A DNA stretch of 64,000 bases from a virus (Duplodnaviria > Caudoviricetes), in IMG/VR virus record IMGVR_UViG_3300028888_000001; one strand, given 5' to 3'. Below, piece by piece: positions 18,875 through 30,336 of this stretch (within the stretch, counting starts at the first letter, position 1; each line of letters opens with the position of its first letter). A model generated the notes under the pieces. The model saw only the letters and a program-made list of their open reading frames with translations, was not told the origin of the DNA and made no database searches. The translations under genes and the position numbers were made by a program.

Positions 18875-21800
18875 ATGATTACTCCAGAAAAAACATATAG
18901 CACAAACCCATTTGTTGATAATATTATTTATTTTGCTAAACTGATGGGTTTAAATTGTACTGTAAAAGATGAAGACGAAGCGTTATCTTTTGAAACTAAA
19001 GAAACGCTACGAGCAGCGGATGTTCTGTTTGCTTGCGTAGATAAAAATAGTCGTTACGAAATGTTTACTTATATACCTAAAGAGATATTAAGTAAATATA
19101 TCGATACTATAAGTAATCTTGACTTATATACTAAAAATAAAATGGCTCTTAGAGCTCATTTTAATACATTTACCAGGATGGAGAGAAGTAAAAAATTAAA
19201 TAAATTAAACTCTCTAGCCCGTACTGTTTATATAGATCATTATGAGATAATGGATAACTATCTATCCAATCTTCCTACTACATGGCTAGAAGATAATCTA
19301 GAGCTATATAATAAGTGTGTTTCTGAAGAAGCCACATACGTTGACCTTTTCAGTGAATTACCTGCTAAGACTGTATTAAGAATACTTAAAAGATATTTAA
19401 ACTCAAGTGACTTTGATAAATTCACTAATATATGGGACGCTAAATCTTTAATATCAGTAGAGGATCTATTAGCGTTAATACCTAAACCGGGTGAATCTAT
19501 ACCAACAGTAAAGCAACTTTTAAAACTCACTGATGATATAAATACAAGAAGAATTCTTCTTAATAAAAATTATATTATAGAAAATCCAGATCAGCTGATA
19601 GATGATACTATTCAATCTTATAGTATTGAACTTGGAAGCTTTATTAGTTTCAGTTCAAATAGTGAATCTGTATATAATGAACTGGATAAGATTTCAAAAG
19701 CAATGCGTGAAGTATTTAAAGATCATTATGAAATGATGAAAGAAAGAAAATACTTCAGTGAGAATGTTAATGATGATCCAGACGTGGAAGATGATGAACC
19801 ATTCTGGATGCAATTTTACCCAGAACAAGAAACTTATGAAAAATGTAAAGCCGGTACAGCAACGTATTATGAATTATATGATTTCTTCCCCAAAGGCAAA
19901 TTAAAAGAATGCTTAACCGAAGTTCTCGGAGATGATGTAGAAACATATAATCTCATGAACAGTGCTGAAACTCTTAAAGGCTATTTAACAGGTGGATATC
20001 GTACAGATGCTACTAGTAAGATTATAGAGCTAAATCAGTTATTATCTGAAATTTATTTAAACAACTATCAGCTCTATATGAATACAGATATCTATTATAA
20101 ATGCCAAGACGGAAGAATAGACTTTTATGGGTTGATGGAATATTTACCGCCTGAAACGATAAAATCTATTATATTAACTGAATTTGATGAGGTTACAAAT
20201 CTAGATATCTACTCTACCAATAAAGCTATGCTAGATGATTATCTAGATTCGTTAACAGATACAGTAGATTTAGTTTATGATGATGGTACTAGAGCTACTG
20301 TAACCAGAGGTGAATATATAAAATATCACATCAATAAAGATATGCAAACTTGGTATCCAAATAATCATGTAGAGAAGAATAATTACTATAGAGCATTGAT
20401 TGGATTGCCACCTTTGGACAGCAGTGGAAATCCGTGTATTGATACTTTGGTTCATACATATGATGAAACTACTGACTCATATATTGAGTTTGGTGATAGG
20501 TTCACCTCTCAGTGTCCTACAGATATTTATCCTGATTATCATTGGAGACAAGAATTTTATAAATATGATTCTTACGACGTTGCTGTATTGGAAGAGTCTG
20601 GAATATTGGCTGACTATATGGCAGCATGTGGACAAACCACAAATAAATTACGCTACAGGTATTTAAATTATCTGGGTGACTATGCTCTTAATATATATGA
20701 ATGCCGAAAAGCAATGAATTTTCAGCTTATTGGTATGCCTACAGTAACAGATTCTATAATTAAAAGAAAGTTTGTAGACACATTCGAACTTAATAGAGAT
20801 TATATTGTTCGTGCTGTATATTCAGATGCGTATAAATTCCAGTCTGATTACTTTAATAAATTTATAATTATATTCATTATCATTAATACTATAATGGATA
20901 TGCTTACTGGAATACCAGATTTAATTATAAATAAAGACGTATTCGATGCTAGATGTATTAGATATTTATTCGAATCATATGGCATACCATATTATGCTGA
21001 AATTCCTGTGAAATATCAGCAAGCTATGCTTAAAAATCTTAATACTCTCATCAAGTATAAATCTAGTACCAAAAACATGGTAGACATCTGTAGTCTATTT
21101 GGTTTTAGAGACGTTAGAGTATTCGGATATTACTTAATGAAAGATCAAAATACTGATAAATATACTGGAGATTTTATTTTATCAGAAAATAACGATATTA
21201 ATTATAGTCCAGATAATCTTTATGTGCTTGATAAGACTACTGGAACTATAACAGATGTTTCCGGTAGAAGATTTTCTAAGCTTTCAGAATACAGACATTT
21301 TATAGAAGATTATTATTTTAAGACTATAACTGTGAAAAATAAAGATGGTTCTATAGAGAAGAAAAAGATTATCAACAACGAGAGAGAATTATTTGTATAC
21401 GACAGTGCTTATAACGAAATGATTCCTCTTAAAGATAGTTCATATTTCACACGCATTAAAGCAAACCAAGAACCATCAGCAAGTCTTAAATTCATCAAAG
21501 TCCCTGTAGATGAAACTCTAACAAACTATAAGCAAGATAGCGATTATATTATAGACTATGATGAAATCACTACAGGCGATGATGTATGGGATGGTGGATT
21601 AGACCACGAATACTTAAAAAAGAAAATTATTGATTATGAATTCAATGCTGTTAAATCTAAATATATATCCATAGAGACCACTACAGATATGACAGAATTA
21701 GCTTTTCAAATATCATATTTTTATAATATGCTATTTGATGGATATTATTCCGAAGAGGGGCTAAAACTAGATATTCCATATCTTCGTTCAGGACATAAAT

Positions 21801-24800
21801 TTAGATTAGTAGACGTTATATGCTATCTGTTTGCATTGAATTACTATTACTATGGTCTTGAAGATAGGATCATGTATTCACCCACACAGATTTTATATGT
21901 TAAGGGTTATAACTTTAATGAGGATCTGAATAAAATTTTGGCAGACCCACAGATATTTACTCAAGAGTCGCCAATAAAAAATATATTCGACGTTAACCAG
22001 CAGATAGCTGACAATGGATATGATTATCAAAAGGAATTTGATCAACCACATCTTAAAGTTAAATCATTTAATCTCCAAGCTGATATAGATGCATTGAATT
22101 TATGGCTAAATGAAACATATCAAATGGATTTATCTGATTTTATTGTAGAAGAGGGTGAATCTGAAGAGGACAATATTACATTAAAATCTTTCTTCTCATT
22201 AAATAATTCGGCATATCAAAAGTCTATTTTTAATGGAGACATGATGCCAATTAATTATAATAACAATATAAAGTATGCATATGATTTTGATGTAATAGAG
22301 AAAATATATTCTAATGATATAAATGCTCAAAAGCATACGTATATACAAGAGAAAATTCCAACAATAAGAGAATCTGAAAACATCGGTGTTTATGTTGAAA
22401 ATCTCATTAGGGGATTACCTAAAACTATAGAATTTCCGTCTATAACAGAAATTATATATAGAATGAATTCTATTGGCAGTGAACTTACAGATTATTCTAT
22501 GCTCACTACAGTATTAGGTTATCCTGAAGAGGAAGCTCAAGAGATTTTAAATAATGAGATAGGATTATATTATTTCATAGAGCTTCTAGAAAATACCAAT
22601 GATGTAATTTATATTTTTGATAATGATAGATACGCTGTAATAAATAATGTCTCTACAGCAGTTTACAATCAATATTATAAAAATTATGATTCGTCTATAT
22701 ATGAAAAAGTATCAAATGACTATTATTATAAATCAGGTGATGAATTTAAGCCTATAGTATCTGGATCTATTAGGGTTAAAAACTCTGATGGCATCTATGT
22801 ATTTGGTACTAACGCTATTTATGTTAAAGATTCTGAAACTGGAGAATATAATAAAGTTACAGATGAGAAATATTTCTATGAAGACGAAGATGAATTAATA
22901 CAAATACTTAACTTTAATAGTGAGTATTATATTTTTACAGACAATGGCTATCAGCTTAACACAGATTTATGCTATGTAAGAATTATAAACAATCTAGGGA
23001 TGGAACAGTATATCCCATTTAATGATATAGATAAATATGAAAATATAATAGTACAAGATTCAGGTTGTTATCTAAGACATTCTGATGGTCATTTTATCAG
23101 ATTCGATACAACGGATTATTATAAGAGAGTCTTCGGTAAGAATATACTAGACCTAAATGATTCTCTTCAAAGCTATGAAAATTCCGGGCTTACGTTTGAC
23201 TATAATCCAACGACTGGAATCATAAAGATATATGGTAACTCTGATAATAATGGCTATTCTAGTAATCTCTACATAGAGAATGAGAATTTTAAAGAATACT
23301 ATAATGCTAGATTCATATTCCCAGAAGATACTATAGTGACATTCTGTGCTAATGCTTCAGAATATCCAGCAGAATTAAGCTTTGAAATTACAGATGGGAC
23401 TACAGTTTATACAGATACTGGTAATGGTATCACATTCACAGCTGAAGCTGATAAATTATACCTATTTAGGATATCATTCATTGCAGGGCTATCTGTAGAT
23501 AAAGATTCTCCTATAATAGTTAAACCTCAAGTAGAGATAAGAGAAGAGAAAACAGAATTTGAGCCTTATAGAGTAAAAGATACTGAGTATGCTAATTTAG
23601 CGATATATAAAGAAGAACCATTATTTGTTAAGACTATCAATAAGACAATCTATTTTGATCCTGATGAGCCAGATGTTTATTATAAAAAGCTTAGTGATTT
23701 TTATGCTGAAAATACATATGATATCTATAGAGATGAGCTTTATGTAATAGACCATAATGGGAATTATATTTTAGTAGATAATCTACTATCTCCATTAAAC
23801 TGCTACTATTATAATTATGATACTGATCAATATGAATTAATTATAAATCATTTCATTACTTTTAATGAATATGAGAATCCAAAAGATGTAAGATACATTC
23901 TCATAAAGCAGAACAATAATGATTATTATAAATATGAAGAAGATCCAAACACTGGAAATTATCTATTAGTATCATCTGATATAAAACGTTATATTTATGA
24001 TAGCAATACTGAAGATATTTTGGTTCTATACAAAAACGTTTCTTATGCTGATACTAATATGCTATTTGTGTCATTGAATAAATCCCTCTATACAGAAAAT
24101 CTCGATGCTGAATTGTATCAAACCGATGATTATAATCCTTCATTAACAGACGATAGATGGGATGAAAATGATTGGTATTACGATAATCCATCGTCAGATG
24201 AAAATGTCTCTATTGGAATGAATGGAGAGAATATATGGTACTATCGTAAGCCAGGCGACAATAGCTCAGAAGAAACTGTAGAAGAGCAAGATAATGATAC
24301 TATTGGATCTGGATATTATTTAGAAGCATCGTCATATCTAGGTGCTATTGAACTTGAAGATGGTCAAGAATATTATATAGCATTTGACGTTGAGACTAAC
24401 TTTTATGGCTCTATGAGTATTTATTGTTCAGCTGACGCTAATATGAATACTCCAAATGATAGAGTTTATAGTTTCAGAAACAACGAAAAGAAACATATTT
24501 CTCAAGTATTTACAGCCAACTCTACAACTAGACCTTCATTAATATTTGCTAAGTATAACTTTACAGATAACCCAATTAATATTGGTAACTATGTTGTAGT
24601 TTCAAATATTAAAGTAATTAAGTCTTATTCTAAAGACTTCATAACTACAGATATACCATCATATGATCAATTAGATAAACTATATAGAACTAACGAAAAA
24701 ATTTATAAATGGCTAATCGATGCCATGATTAATACAGATGATAAAATACTATATGATATCTATAAGAAGCTCTATGATGCTCTTATGATTTCTAATTATA

Positions 24801-25639
24801 ATAAAGAAGCATTTAAGCTAGGGCCAAATGAGTATGCATTAACCTTCACAGAATTCTTGAAATCTAGAGATGAGGTATTGCATGATAAGCTAGAATATTT
24901 CAAGAATATGGAATTTGAAGTAATGCAGAAAAATATTGCCGATGAAATAATTGAAATAACTTATGCTCTAAATGATGTTATCGGAAACTATGATTATAAT
25001 TATTTGTATTCATATTTTCCAGGAACATCTATAAACTTTATACAAGATTATATTTATAAAATAATAAATTGGTTTAAGTCTTGGAAGGTTCAGCTTCTGG
25101 GTATAAATACAGTATATCACTTAGGTGGAACTGCTGGATCTATATTTGATAATTCTGATTATTTAGTTAAAATATTACAGAAGAACGAACGCAAGATTAA
25201 AATAAATACCAAGTTACCAGACTCGTTTGTGTATGGTAATTGTAAAGTAAATCCAATTTATGATTATTCACCAGATGGAACTCCATATGCTCAGAAATAT
25301 GATTTTGATCCTGTACTGGATATGCATAAAAATGTTGGTATTAAGCATAGAATTAGAGTTATAACACGTACAGCAAACTCGCTATCTTATACTGATAATG
25401 AAACAAATATGAGGCTGAGTTTATATGATGATTCAACTCATGTTTGGGTTAACGATAAAAATATCCTGATGATCAGAACTATTAATGGAGATTCATTTGA
25501 ACCTATAGATACTAATAAATTATTAATGCATGTAAATGATGAAGATGATGCTGACATGTATATATCTCAAGTCTTAGGAGAGGTAAATATCTTAAGTGGC
25601 GATTATATAGAATACGACGAAATGGATATGGAGGATTGA
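18875..25639 (+). CDS. Very large virion structural protein, probable baseplate wedge component
   Basis: 2254 aa under a late promoter. LFESYGIPYY...MLKNLNTLIKYKSSTK resembles the wedge (P2 gpI/T4 gp7-type) signature. Embedded beta-sandwich modules (GKNILDLN...PQVEIREEKTEFEPY). Confidence 0.55.
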   Translation: MITPEKTYSTNPFVDNIIYFAKLMGLNCTVKDEDEALSFETKETLRAADVLFACVDKNSRYEMFTYIPKEILSKYIDTISNLDLYTKNKMALRAHFNTFTRMERSKKLNKLNSLARTVYIDHYEIMDNYLSNLPTTWLEDNLELYNKCVSEEATYVDLFSELPAKTVLRILKRYLNSSDFDKFTNIWDAKSLISVEDLLALIPKPGESIPTVKQLLKLTDDINTRRILLNKNYIIENPDQLIDDTIQSYSIELGSFISFSSNSESVYNELDKISKAMREVFKDHYEMMKERKYFSENVNDDPDVEDDEPFWMQFYPEQETYEKCKAGTATYYELYDFFPKGKLKECLTEVLGDDVETYNLMNSAETLKGYLTGGYRTDATSKIIELNQLLSEIYLNNYQLYMNTDIYYKCQDGRIDFYGLMEYLPPETIKSIILTEFDEVTNLDIYSTNKAMLDDYLDSLTDTVDLVYDDGTRATVTRGEYIKYHINKDMQTWYPNNHVEKNNYYRALIGLPPLDSSGNPCIDTLVHTYDETTDSYIEFGDRFTSQCPTDIYPDYHWRQEFYKYDSYDVAVLEESGILADYMAACGQTTNKLRYRYLNYLGDYALNIYECRKAMNFQLIGMPTVTDSIIKRKFVDTFELNRDYIVRAVYSDAYKFQSDYFNKFIIIFIIINTIMDMLTGIPDLIINKDVFDARCIRYLFESYGIPYYAEIPVKYQQAMLKNLNTLIKYKSSTKNMVDICSLFGFRDVRVFGYYLMKDQNTDKYTGDFILSENNDINYSPDNLYVLDKTTGTITDVSGRRFSKLSEYRHFIEDYYFKTITVKNKDGSIEKKKIINNERELFVYDSAYNEMIPLKDSSYFTRIKANQEPSASLKFIKVPVDETLTNYKQDSDYIIDYDEITTGDDVWDGGLDHEYLKKKIIDYEFNAVKSKYISIETTTDMTELAFQISYFYNMLFDGYYSEEGLKLDIPYLRSGHKFRLVDVICYLFALNYYYYGLEDRIMYSPTQILYVKGYNFNEDLNKILADPQIFTQESPIKNIFDVNQQIADNGYDYQKEFDQPHLKVKSFNLQADIDALNLWLNETYQMDLSDFIVEEGESEEDNITLKSFFSLNNSAYQKSIFNGDMMPINYNNNIKYAYDFDVIEKIYSNDINAQKHTYIQEKIPTIRESENIGVYVENLIRGLPKTIEFPSITEIIYRMNSIGSELTDYSMLTTVLGYPEEEAQEILNNEIGLYYFIELLENTNDVIYIFDNDRYAVINNVSTAVYNQYYKNYDSSIYEKVSNDYYYKSGDEFKPIVSGSIRVKNSDGIYVFGTNAIYVKDSETGEYNKVTDEKYFYEDEDELIQILNFNSEYYIFTDNGYQLNTDLCYVRIINNLGMEQYIPFNDIDKYENIIVQDSGCYLRHSDGHFIRFDTTDYYKRVFGKNILDLNDSLQSYENSGLTFDYNPTTGIIKIYGNSDNNGYSSNLYIENENFKEYYNARFIFPEDTIVTFCANASEYPAELSFEITDGTTVYTDTGNGITFTAEADKLYLFRISFIAGLSVDKDSPIIVKPQVEIREEKTEFEPYRVKDTEYANLAIYKEEPLFVKTINKTIYFDPDEPDVYYKKLSDFYAENTYDIYRDELYVIDHNGNYILVDNLLSPLNCYYYNYDTDQYELIINHFITFNEYENPKDVRYILIKQNNNDYYKYEEDPNTGNYLLVSSDIKRYIYDSNTEDILVLYKNVSYADTNMLFVSLNKSLYTENLDAELYQTDDYNPSLTDDRWDENDWYYDNPSSDENVSIGMNGENIWYYRKPGDNSSEETVEEQDNDTIGSGYYLEASSYLGAIELEDGQEYYIAFDVETNFYGSMSIYCSADANMNTPNDRVYSFRNNEKKHISQVFTANSTTRPSLIFAKYNFTDNPINIGNYVVVSNIKVIKSYSKDFITTDIPSYDQLDKLYRTNEKIYKWLIDAMINTDDKILYDIYKKLYDALMISNYNKEAFKLGPNEYALTFTEFLKSRDEVLHDKLEYFKNMEFEVMQKNIADEIIEITYALNDVIGNYDYNYLYSYFPGTSINFIQDYIYKIINWFKSWKVQLLGINTVYHLGGTAGSIFDNSDYLVKILQKNERKIKINTKLPDSFVYGNCKVNPIYDYSPDGTPYAQKYDFDPVLDMHKNVGIKHRIRVITRTANSLSYTDNETNMRLSLYDDSTHVWVNDKNILMIRTINGDSFEPIDTNKLLMHVNDEDDADMYISQVLGEVNILSGDYIEYDEMDMED

Positions 25640-25645
25640 TACGTT

Positions 25646-26587
25646 ATGAGCAATAGTAGATTATTGTATTTAAATGAAAAAATCCGTCAAAAAGATGATT
25701 TAAACTTTGGTAAACGTTTTAATTCAAAGCTTGAGTTTTTTAATGAGGTTACTGGAGAACGTATATGGACTCCTCTACATAATAAAACTGTAATAGCTGG
25801 AGGGGCTTTAACTTTAGCTAAATTATTTAATTTCGATAGATCTGCATTTGATAATACGCCTACATACGATGAAATCTTAGAGCTTGATGAGGGCAACCTT
25901 TCAGGCGATTATCCAACGATAACTATCAAAGATAGCAATAACAATGCAGTTGGTGTAATAGAAGACGAAGCTCAAAGAGTAATATGCGGTTTCTGTCTTG
26001 GTCAAGGTGGATCTGGTTCTGATATTAGTGACGTATTTGACGTTCCTTATGCATCATGGATAACTCCTGACAATATTGTGCCATTCAGATACCCATTATC
26101 CTCTACAGATAATGTAGATGAAACTATGTATAAGGGTAAGAAAACTATCAATCTTGAAACTGGCCAAACTGTAGTCGCATATTATTTTAAAGAGTTTTCT
26201 AATACTCCTGAGTTAGTGCAGAACTACGTATCTACGATTGGGACTTTTACAGATTCTGTAACTAAAGAGAATGTTTATAATGATACAGCCTCTGCAGATA
26301 AAGCACAATCATATGTAGAACTTCATCTTAAGATAACTAGAGAAGACGTAAGAGAATTCTTCTACAGACACGAAGGTATTGAATCTGCTAGAATTAATCA
26401 GATTGGACTTATTTCTGCATGGAAGAAGCCGGTTACTGTAACAAAGCTTAATGCGTCTAATAATATGACAACTGCTACATATGAGTATCTGCAAGATATT
26501 AGACCATTTAGTGTATGTAATATCCCATCTGAGGTATTATCTGATCAATCAAAATCTATATCTTGCATCTACACATTATATTGCTAA
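25646..26587 (+). CDS. Virion structural protein, probable baseplate
   Basis: Cotranscribed with the 2254-aa gene; HNKTVIAG, FCLGQGG, AYYFKEF, INQIGL pattern. Confidence 0.5.
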   Translation: MSNSRLLYLNEKIRQKDDLNFGKRFNSKLEFFNEVTGERIWTPLHNKTVIAGGALTLAKLFNFDRSAFDNTPTYDEILELDEGNLSGDYPTITIKDSNNNAVGVIEDEAQRVICGFCLGQGGSGSDISDVFDVPYASWITPDNIVPFRYPLSSTDNVDETMYKGKKTINLETGQTVVAYYFKEFSNTPELVQNYVSTIGTFTDSVTKENVYNDTASADKAQSYVELHLKITREDVREFFYRHEGIESARINQIGLISAWKKPVTVTKLNASNNMTTATYEYLQDIRPFSVCNIPSEVLSDQSKSISCIYTLYC

Positions 26588-26604
26588 AAATTAATTAAAT
26601 TATA

Positions 26605-26634
26605 AACCCTCTAGGGATTGCTCCCTAGAGGGTT
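26605..26634. terminator. Bidirectional terminator, GGGA-GCAA-TCCC family (loop reads on the minus strand)
   Basis: 13-bp perfect stem between convergent genes. Confidence 0.85.
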
Positions 26635-26639
26635 ATTTT

Positions 26640-27065
26640 TTAATGGGCATATACTTTTATAACTTCATCATGAATATATGGTACTTTAGAATTGAAAACA
26701 CAATTCATAGTACCAGCTGTACTTGTAGTCTTAATAGCATCTTTAATATCCATCTGTGTTTGCTGAGAATATGCTAATACTATCTCGTTTGCAGTCAAAT
26801 TATTAAAGCTGCAAGCGCCAGATTTATCTCCAGCAGCAATATGAATATCAGCAATTTTGATATCATAATAATTATCATTTACATCTGGAGGAGCTAAGCT
26901 GACTAATTTCTTTATGACATCAACTAGCATATCATTGGGCTCATGATAAATAGTTCCAGATGAATTGACCATCTGCTTACCTAGCTTAAGACGTTCAATT
27001 ATATCATAAACTAGCTCTCGTTCTGTAACTTTATCTACAAGTTGATCAAACGGTATTGAGCTCAC
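26640..27065 (-). CDS. Hypothetical (late, probably structural) protein
   Basis: GAGGTG RBS; downstream of 27085..28509. Confidence 0.7.
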   Translation of the reverse strand: MSSIPFDQLVDKVTERELVYDIIERLKLGKQMVNSSGTIYHEPNDMLVDVIKKLVSLAPPDVNDNYYDIKIADIHIAAGDKSGACSFNNLTANEIVLAYSQQTQMDIKDAIKTTSTAGTMNCVFNSKVPYIHDEVIKVYAH

Positions 27066-27084
27066 TATAACTCACCTCTCTTCA

Positions 27085-28509
27085 TTATATATTTGTAGCT
27101 TCAAAGACTATGTGCTCATCTAATTCAGTACGAACAAATAGCGTTATAGTTTGAGTTGTCTTACTGATAGAATAATCTAAATCTTTAAATAGTCTAACTC
27201 CATTTCTATATACTCTAATTATAGACGATGTATTATAATCCAACTCAGCAAATGAGATTACAGTCTCATCATCTTTACATGTATAGATATATCTAGTTTC
27301 TGTAAGCATACTCTCTACAAGCGAAACTACTTTAGCTGATGTATAGTTAACAATTACTTTAACTATACGACCAGCAGCTACACCATCAGGAATACTTATA
27401 TTAAATAATGATGTGTTGAAAGTTTCTGAAGTCGCTCCATGCGTCACAGAAAGTCTAATATTTTCTATCTTATTGCTAGCTGGAATAATATTTAGTAGAA
27501 TATATTTCGATGAAAGCTCAACCCCAAATGTAGAAATATCAACAATAATTTCTGTAGTGGATTGAGATAAATCATTAACAAAGAATGCAGAGTTAGATGC
27601 ATGGTTAGCTACATCACTAAGTTCACTATAAAGCTTATAAACAGATGCTGCAGAAGCTACTGCAGATGCATCATTTATAGTATAGTCATTAGATACTTTA
27701 GCTAGCTTAGTTGTTGGTATAGAATAAGATGCTATCTGTCCACCATTTATAGCTGTTTTGGAGCCATCTGCACCATCAGTTGCGTTATATATAAATAAAA
27801 TATCTATACGACGACCTAACTCAATTTTGTCATGTAGAAATGTAATTGTACATCCGTATATATCACCATTCTCATCTCTATTATCTACAATTTGGTATCT
27901 ATCTTTATCAATATAAGTAGTACCAATACGTAATTCCATATAATTACCATTCTCAGTATAGTTTAAGAATGGGTATATAATCTCAAACGTACGTTGATCT
28001 TCTTGAGTTGCTTTGATATAATCATTAGCAAACCCAAGACGAACCATATTATCAAGACGTTCTTGTAGATTGGTACCATTGCTATCAAATACAGCATCTG
28101 CCTTGGTTATAGGCATAAATACCGTACCATCAGCATTTCTCAATAAAGTAAGTATAGTATCTTTACTATAAATCTTATCAAAGTCCCTAGTATAATCATA
28201 ACCATCCAAATTCTCAGGATAAAGAAATAGCTTATATATAAAGTTAAGCAAATCATGTAATGTCATTTGCTCAGTCATTCCATCTATTGATATAGCAATG
28301 TCATTACCAAATGCTTCTTTAACAAGATAATTGGTGATATCTATTATTCTAGTTTCATCTGCTGGATCGACTATATAGATATGATAACTTGGGTTTTCGC
28401 CTTTATAATCGATCAAAAGTTCTGATGGCTGTGCTAAGTCTTTATCTTTATATGCTAGCGGCTTTAATGGTATACGCGCCATGTTACTAAATTGATCATT
28501 TAATGCCAT
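27085..28509 (-). CDS. Probable tail/baseplate structural protein
   Basis: Late motif at 28550-28561; VYRNGVRL..DLDY beta-sandwich repeat typical of tail proteins. Confidence 0.6.
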   Translation of the reverse strand: MALNDQFSNMARIPLKPLAYKDKDLAQPSELLIDYKGENPSYHIYIVDPADETRIIDITNYLVKEAFGNDIAISIDGMTEQMTLHDLLNFIYKLFLYPENLDGYDYTRDFDKIYSKDTILTLLRNADGTVFMPITKADAVFDSNGTNLQERLDNMVRLGFANDYIKATQEDQRTFEIIYPFLNYTENGNYMELRIGTTYIDKDRYQIVDNRDENGDIYGCTITFLHDKIELGRRIDILFIYNATDGADGSKTAINGGQIASYSIPTTKLAKVSNDYTINDASAVASAASVYKLYSELSDVANHASNSAFFVNDLSQSTTEIIVDISTFGVELSSKYILLNIIPASNKIENIRLSVTHGATSETFNTSLFNISIPDGVAAGRIVKVIVNYTSAKVVSLVESMLTETRYIYTCKDDETVISFAELDYNTSSIIRVYRNGVRLFKDLDYSISKTTQTITLFVRTELDEHIVFEATNI

Positions 28510-28549
28510 AACTAAACCTCCTAAGGTTAAATTAGTTTCGAACTGAATT

Positions 28550-28593
28550 TATCCAAATGTTCCGGGTTAAGGCTTTTTATTGACATTTTGATA
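28550..28593. promoter_or_regulatory. Divergent pair of late promoters
   Basis: Minus strand aaca-tttgga-taa; plus strand gaca-ttttga-taa. Confidence 0.7.
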
Positions 28594-28622
28594 AAGGTCC
28601 ATATATAAGGTGGTGATTTTAT

Positions 28623-29234
28623 ATGTTTAGTATTAAAAGTGCGTTTATTAATATTAATAAAAAATATAAACAATACAAATCTAATAGAGAAAAAATAGAA
28701 ATTAAAAGAGAGCAAGAAGAGTATATCAGAAGACAAGAACGCTATAATGATATGCTTAGGGACGAAGCACAAAAGCAAAAGTTTTTACGTAATATGAATA
28801 AGATTAAAATCAATACATATACTAAAAAACTAGTTGCTGTTATAATTACATTTTGTATTGCATGTATCTCTGCAAGCTATATATTGGCATTCTTTAATAA
28901 AGATAATACTCTTGAAAGTTTATCTACTCAATTATGTATCACTATCTTAGGTACAGCATTTGTATATATGGTTAGAGCATATTTTGATTCTAAAGAAGAA
29001 CATAAAAACTTAGATAATAAAATTAAGAATGAATTAGAAGAGGGTTTACGATTTAAAATGCAAGATATGCTAAATCAAGCTGGGTTGAATGTTAATATTG
29101 AAGATTCTGAGGATGAAGAAGAGGAGGAAAGTGATGAGGAGGAAGAAATTAACAGTATAGATAAATTTGAACCTGGCGTTGTGCATTACAATAAAAAGAA
29201 AAAGATTGATGATGGCGCTGATTCTGTTGGTTAA
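28623..29234 (+). CDS. Two-TM membrane protein, holin-like
   Basis: Two hydrophobic helices, basic N-terminus, acidic C-terminus; late promoter. Confidence 0.55.
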   Translation: MFSIKSAFININKKYKQYKSNREKIEIKREQEEYIRRQERYNDMLRDEAQKQKFLRNMNKIKINTYTKKLVAVIITFCIACISASYILAFFNKDNTLESLSTQLCITILGTAFVYMVRAYFDSKEEHKNLDNKIKNELEEGLRFKMQDMLNQAGLNVNIEDSEDEEEEESDEEEEINSIDKFEPGVVHYNKKKKIDDGADSVG

Positions 29235-29292
29235 TATTTATTATCAAATGAATATTATAGTAAAATAAAAAATAGGGAGGGATTAAAATATT

Positions 29293-29841
29293 ATGAACGA
29301 TTCTGGTATTTTGTATTTAATTGTAGAAATAATTATTCTTGTTGGGTCTTATGTGGTTGGTAGATATATTATACCAACTGTAAGTTATTCAGAAACTATA
29401 TCAGATGTGACAAAAAAATTTAATCTTATAGTAGAATATGCTGATAAATTTGTATCATGGGCTAAATATTTCATGAAGAGCTATACAGGCTCAGAGAAAA
29501 TGGATGCTGTTGTTAACGAGTTGGTTAAGATAACTGAAAAATATGATATCAATATATCTAGGACTGAAATTATTGCTATAGCTCAAAAAGCTTATGACAA
29601 TATGATGATAGGTATTGATAAAGCAGAGAATGCTAAGAAGATAGCTGACGCTGCTGAAAATAAAAATGAAGCTAAAATTGTTATTCCTAATAATATAGTT
29701 CAAACAACACCTTTAGCAGACTATAAAAGTAATGAGTTAACTAGCACTACAGCAATACCAAATATCAATAATCAAACTAAAATCACCTCTGATGATCCAA
29801 TGACAGCAGTTTATTTAGCTGAGCATGGCGAAAGTTTATAA
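29293..29841 (+). CDS. Holin, LL-H-like
   Basis: N-terminal TM helix plus FVSWA...GSEKMDAV...IAIAQKAY pattern. Confidence 0.6.
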   Translation: MNDSGILYLIVEIIILVGSYVVGRYIIPTVSYSETISDVTKKFNLIVEYADKFVSWAKYFMKSYTGSEKMDAVVNELVKITEKYDINISRTEIIAIAQKAYDNMMIGIDKAENAKKIADAAENKNEAKIVIPNNIVQTTPLADYKSNELTSTTAIPNINNQTKITSDDPMTAVYLAEHGESL

Positions 29842-29851
29842 AAAAATAAAA

Positions 29852-29877
29852 CCAGGAGGCCTTTTATGGCCTCCTGG
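29852..29877. terminator. Bidirectional terminator
   Basis: ccaggaggcc-ttttat-ggcctcctgg between convergent genes. Confidence 0.8.
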
Positions 29878-29898
29878 CATTTCTTCTGAAAACAACAC

Positions 29899-30267
29899 TC
29901 ATCTGATAGGCGCAACGAGCCCCTCAAGCTCGCACAGTTGCCTCACAATGCAGGTCTGCGCTCCACAGCGGTTCACATAGTCGCGACTATAGCTACCGCA
30001 ACTCTCAAGCGGGCAATCATGACAGTTACCACAGTTCACAGGGTTGAAGAACCACTGCGACGGCAAGTTGCCGTGAATGGTTGTCGGCTCAAATCGCTGT
30101 GACGGTACCAGATCGTTCTGTACAGCCCGATTTTCGTCGAGTGCAATCTGCACTGCTCTGGCTGCCTGCTGTAACAAATCATTTGCTTTCTTGAGGTTAT
30201 AAATGGCACGCTCGCCATTATTTTTCCTCATGAGGCCTTTGTCTTCAGAATACGTCCAATCTCTCAT
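29899..30267 (-). CDS. Small Cys-rich hypothetical protein, GC-rich gene
   Basis: AGGAG RBS; early motif at 30337-30346; visibly higher GC than the flanks. Confidence 0.7.
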   Translation of the reverse strand: MRDWTYSEDKGLMRKNNGERAIYNLKKANDLLQQAARAVQIALDENRAVQNDLVPSQRFEPTTIHGNLPSQWFFNPVNCGNCHDCPLESCGSYSRDYVNRCGAQTCIVRQLCELEGLVAPIR

Positions 30268-30336
30268 TTTATTTCTCCTTTCTTAATGAGGTAATGGTTT
30301 AGAGATAGAATTCCATTTCTTCTATCTCTTATGATT

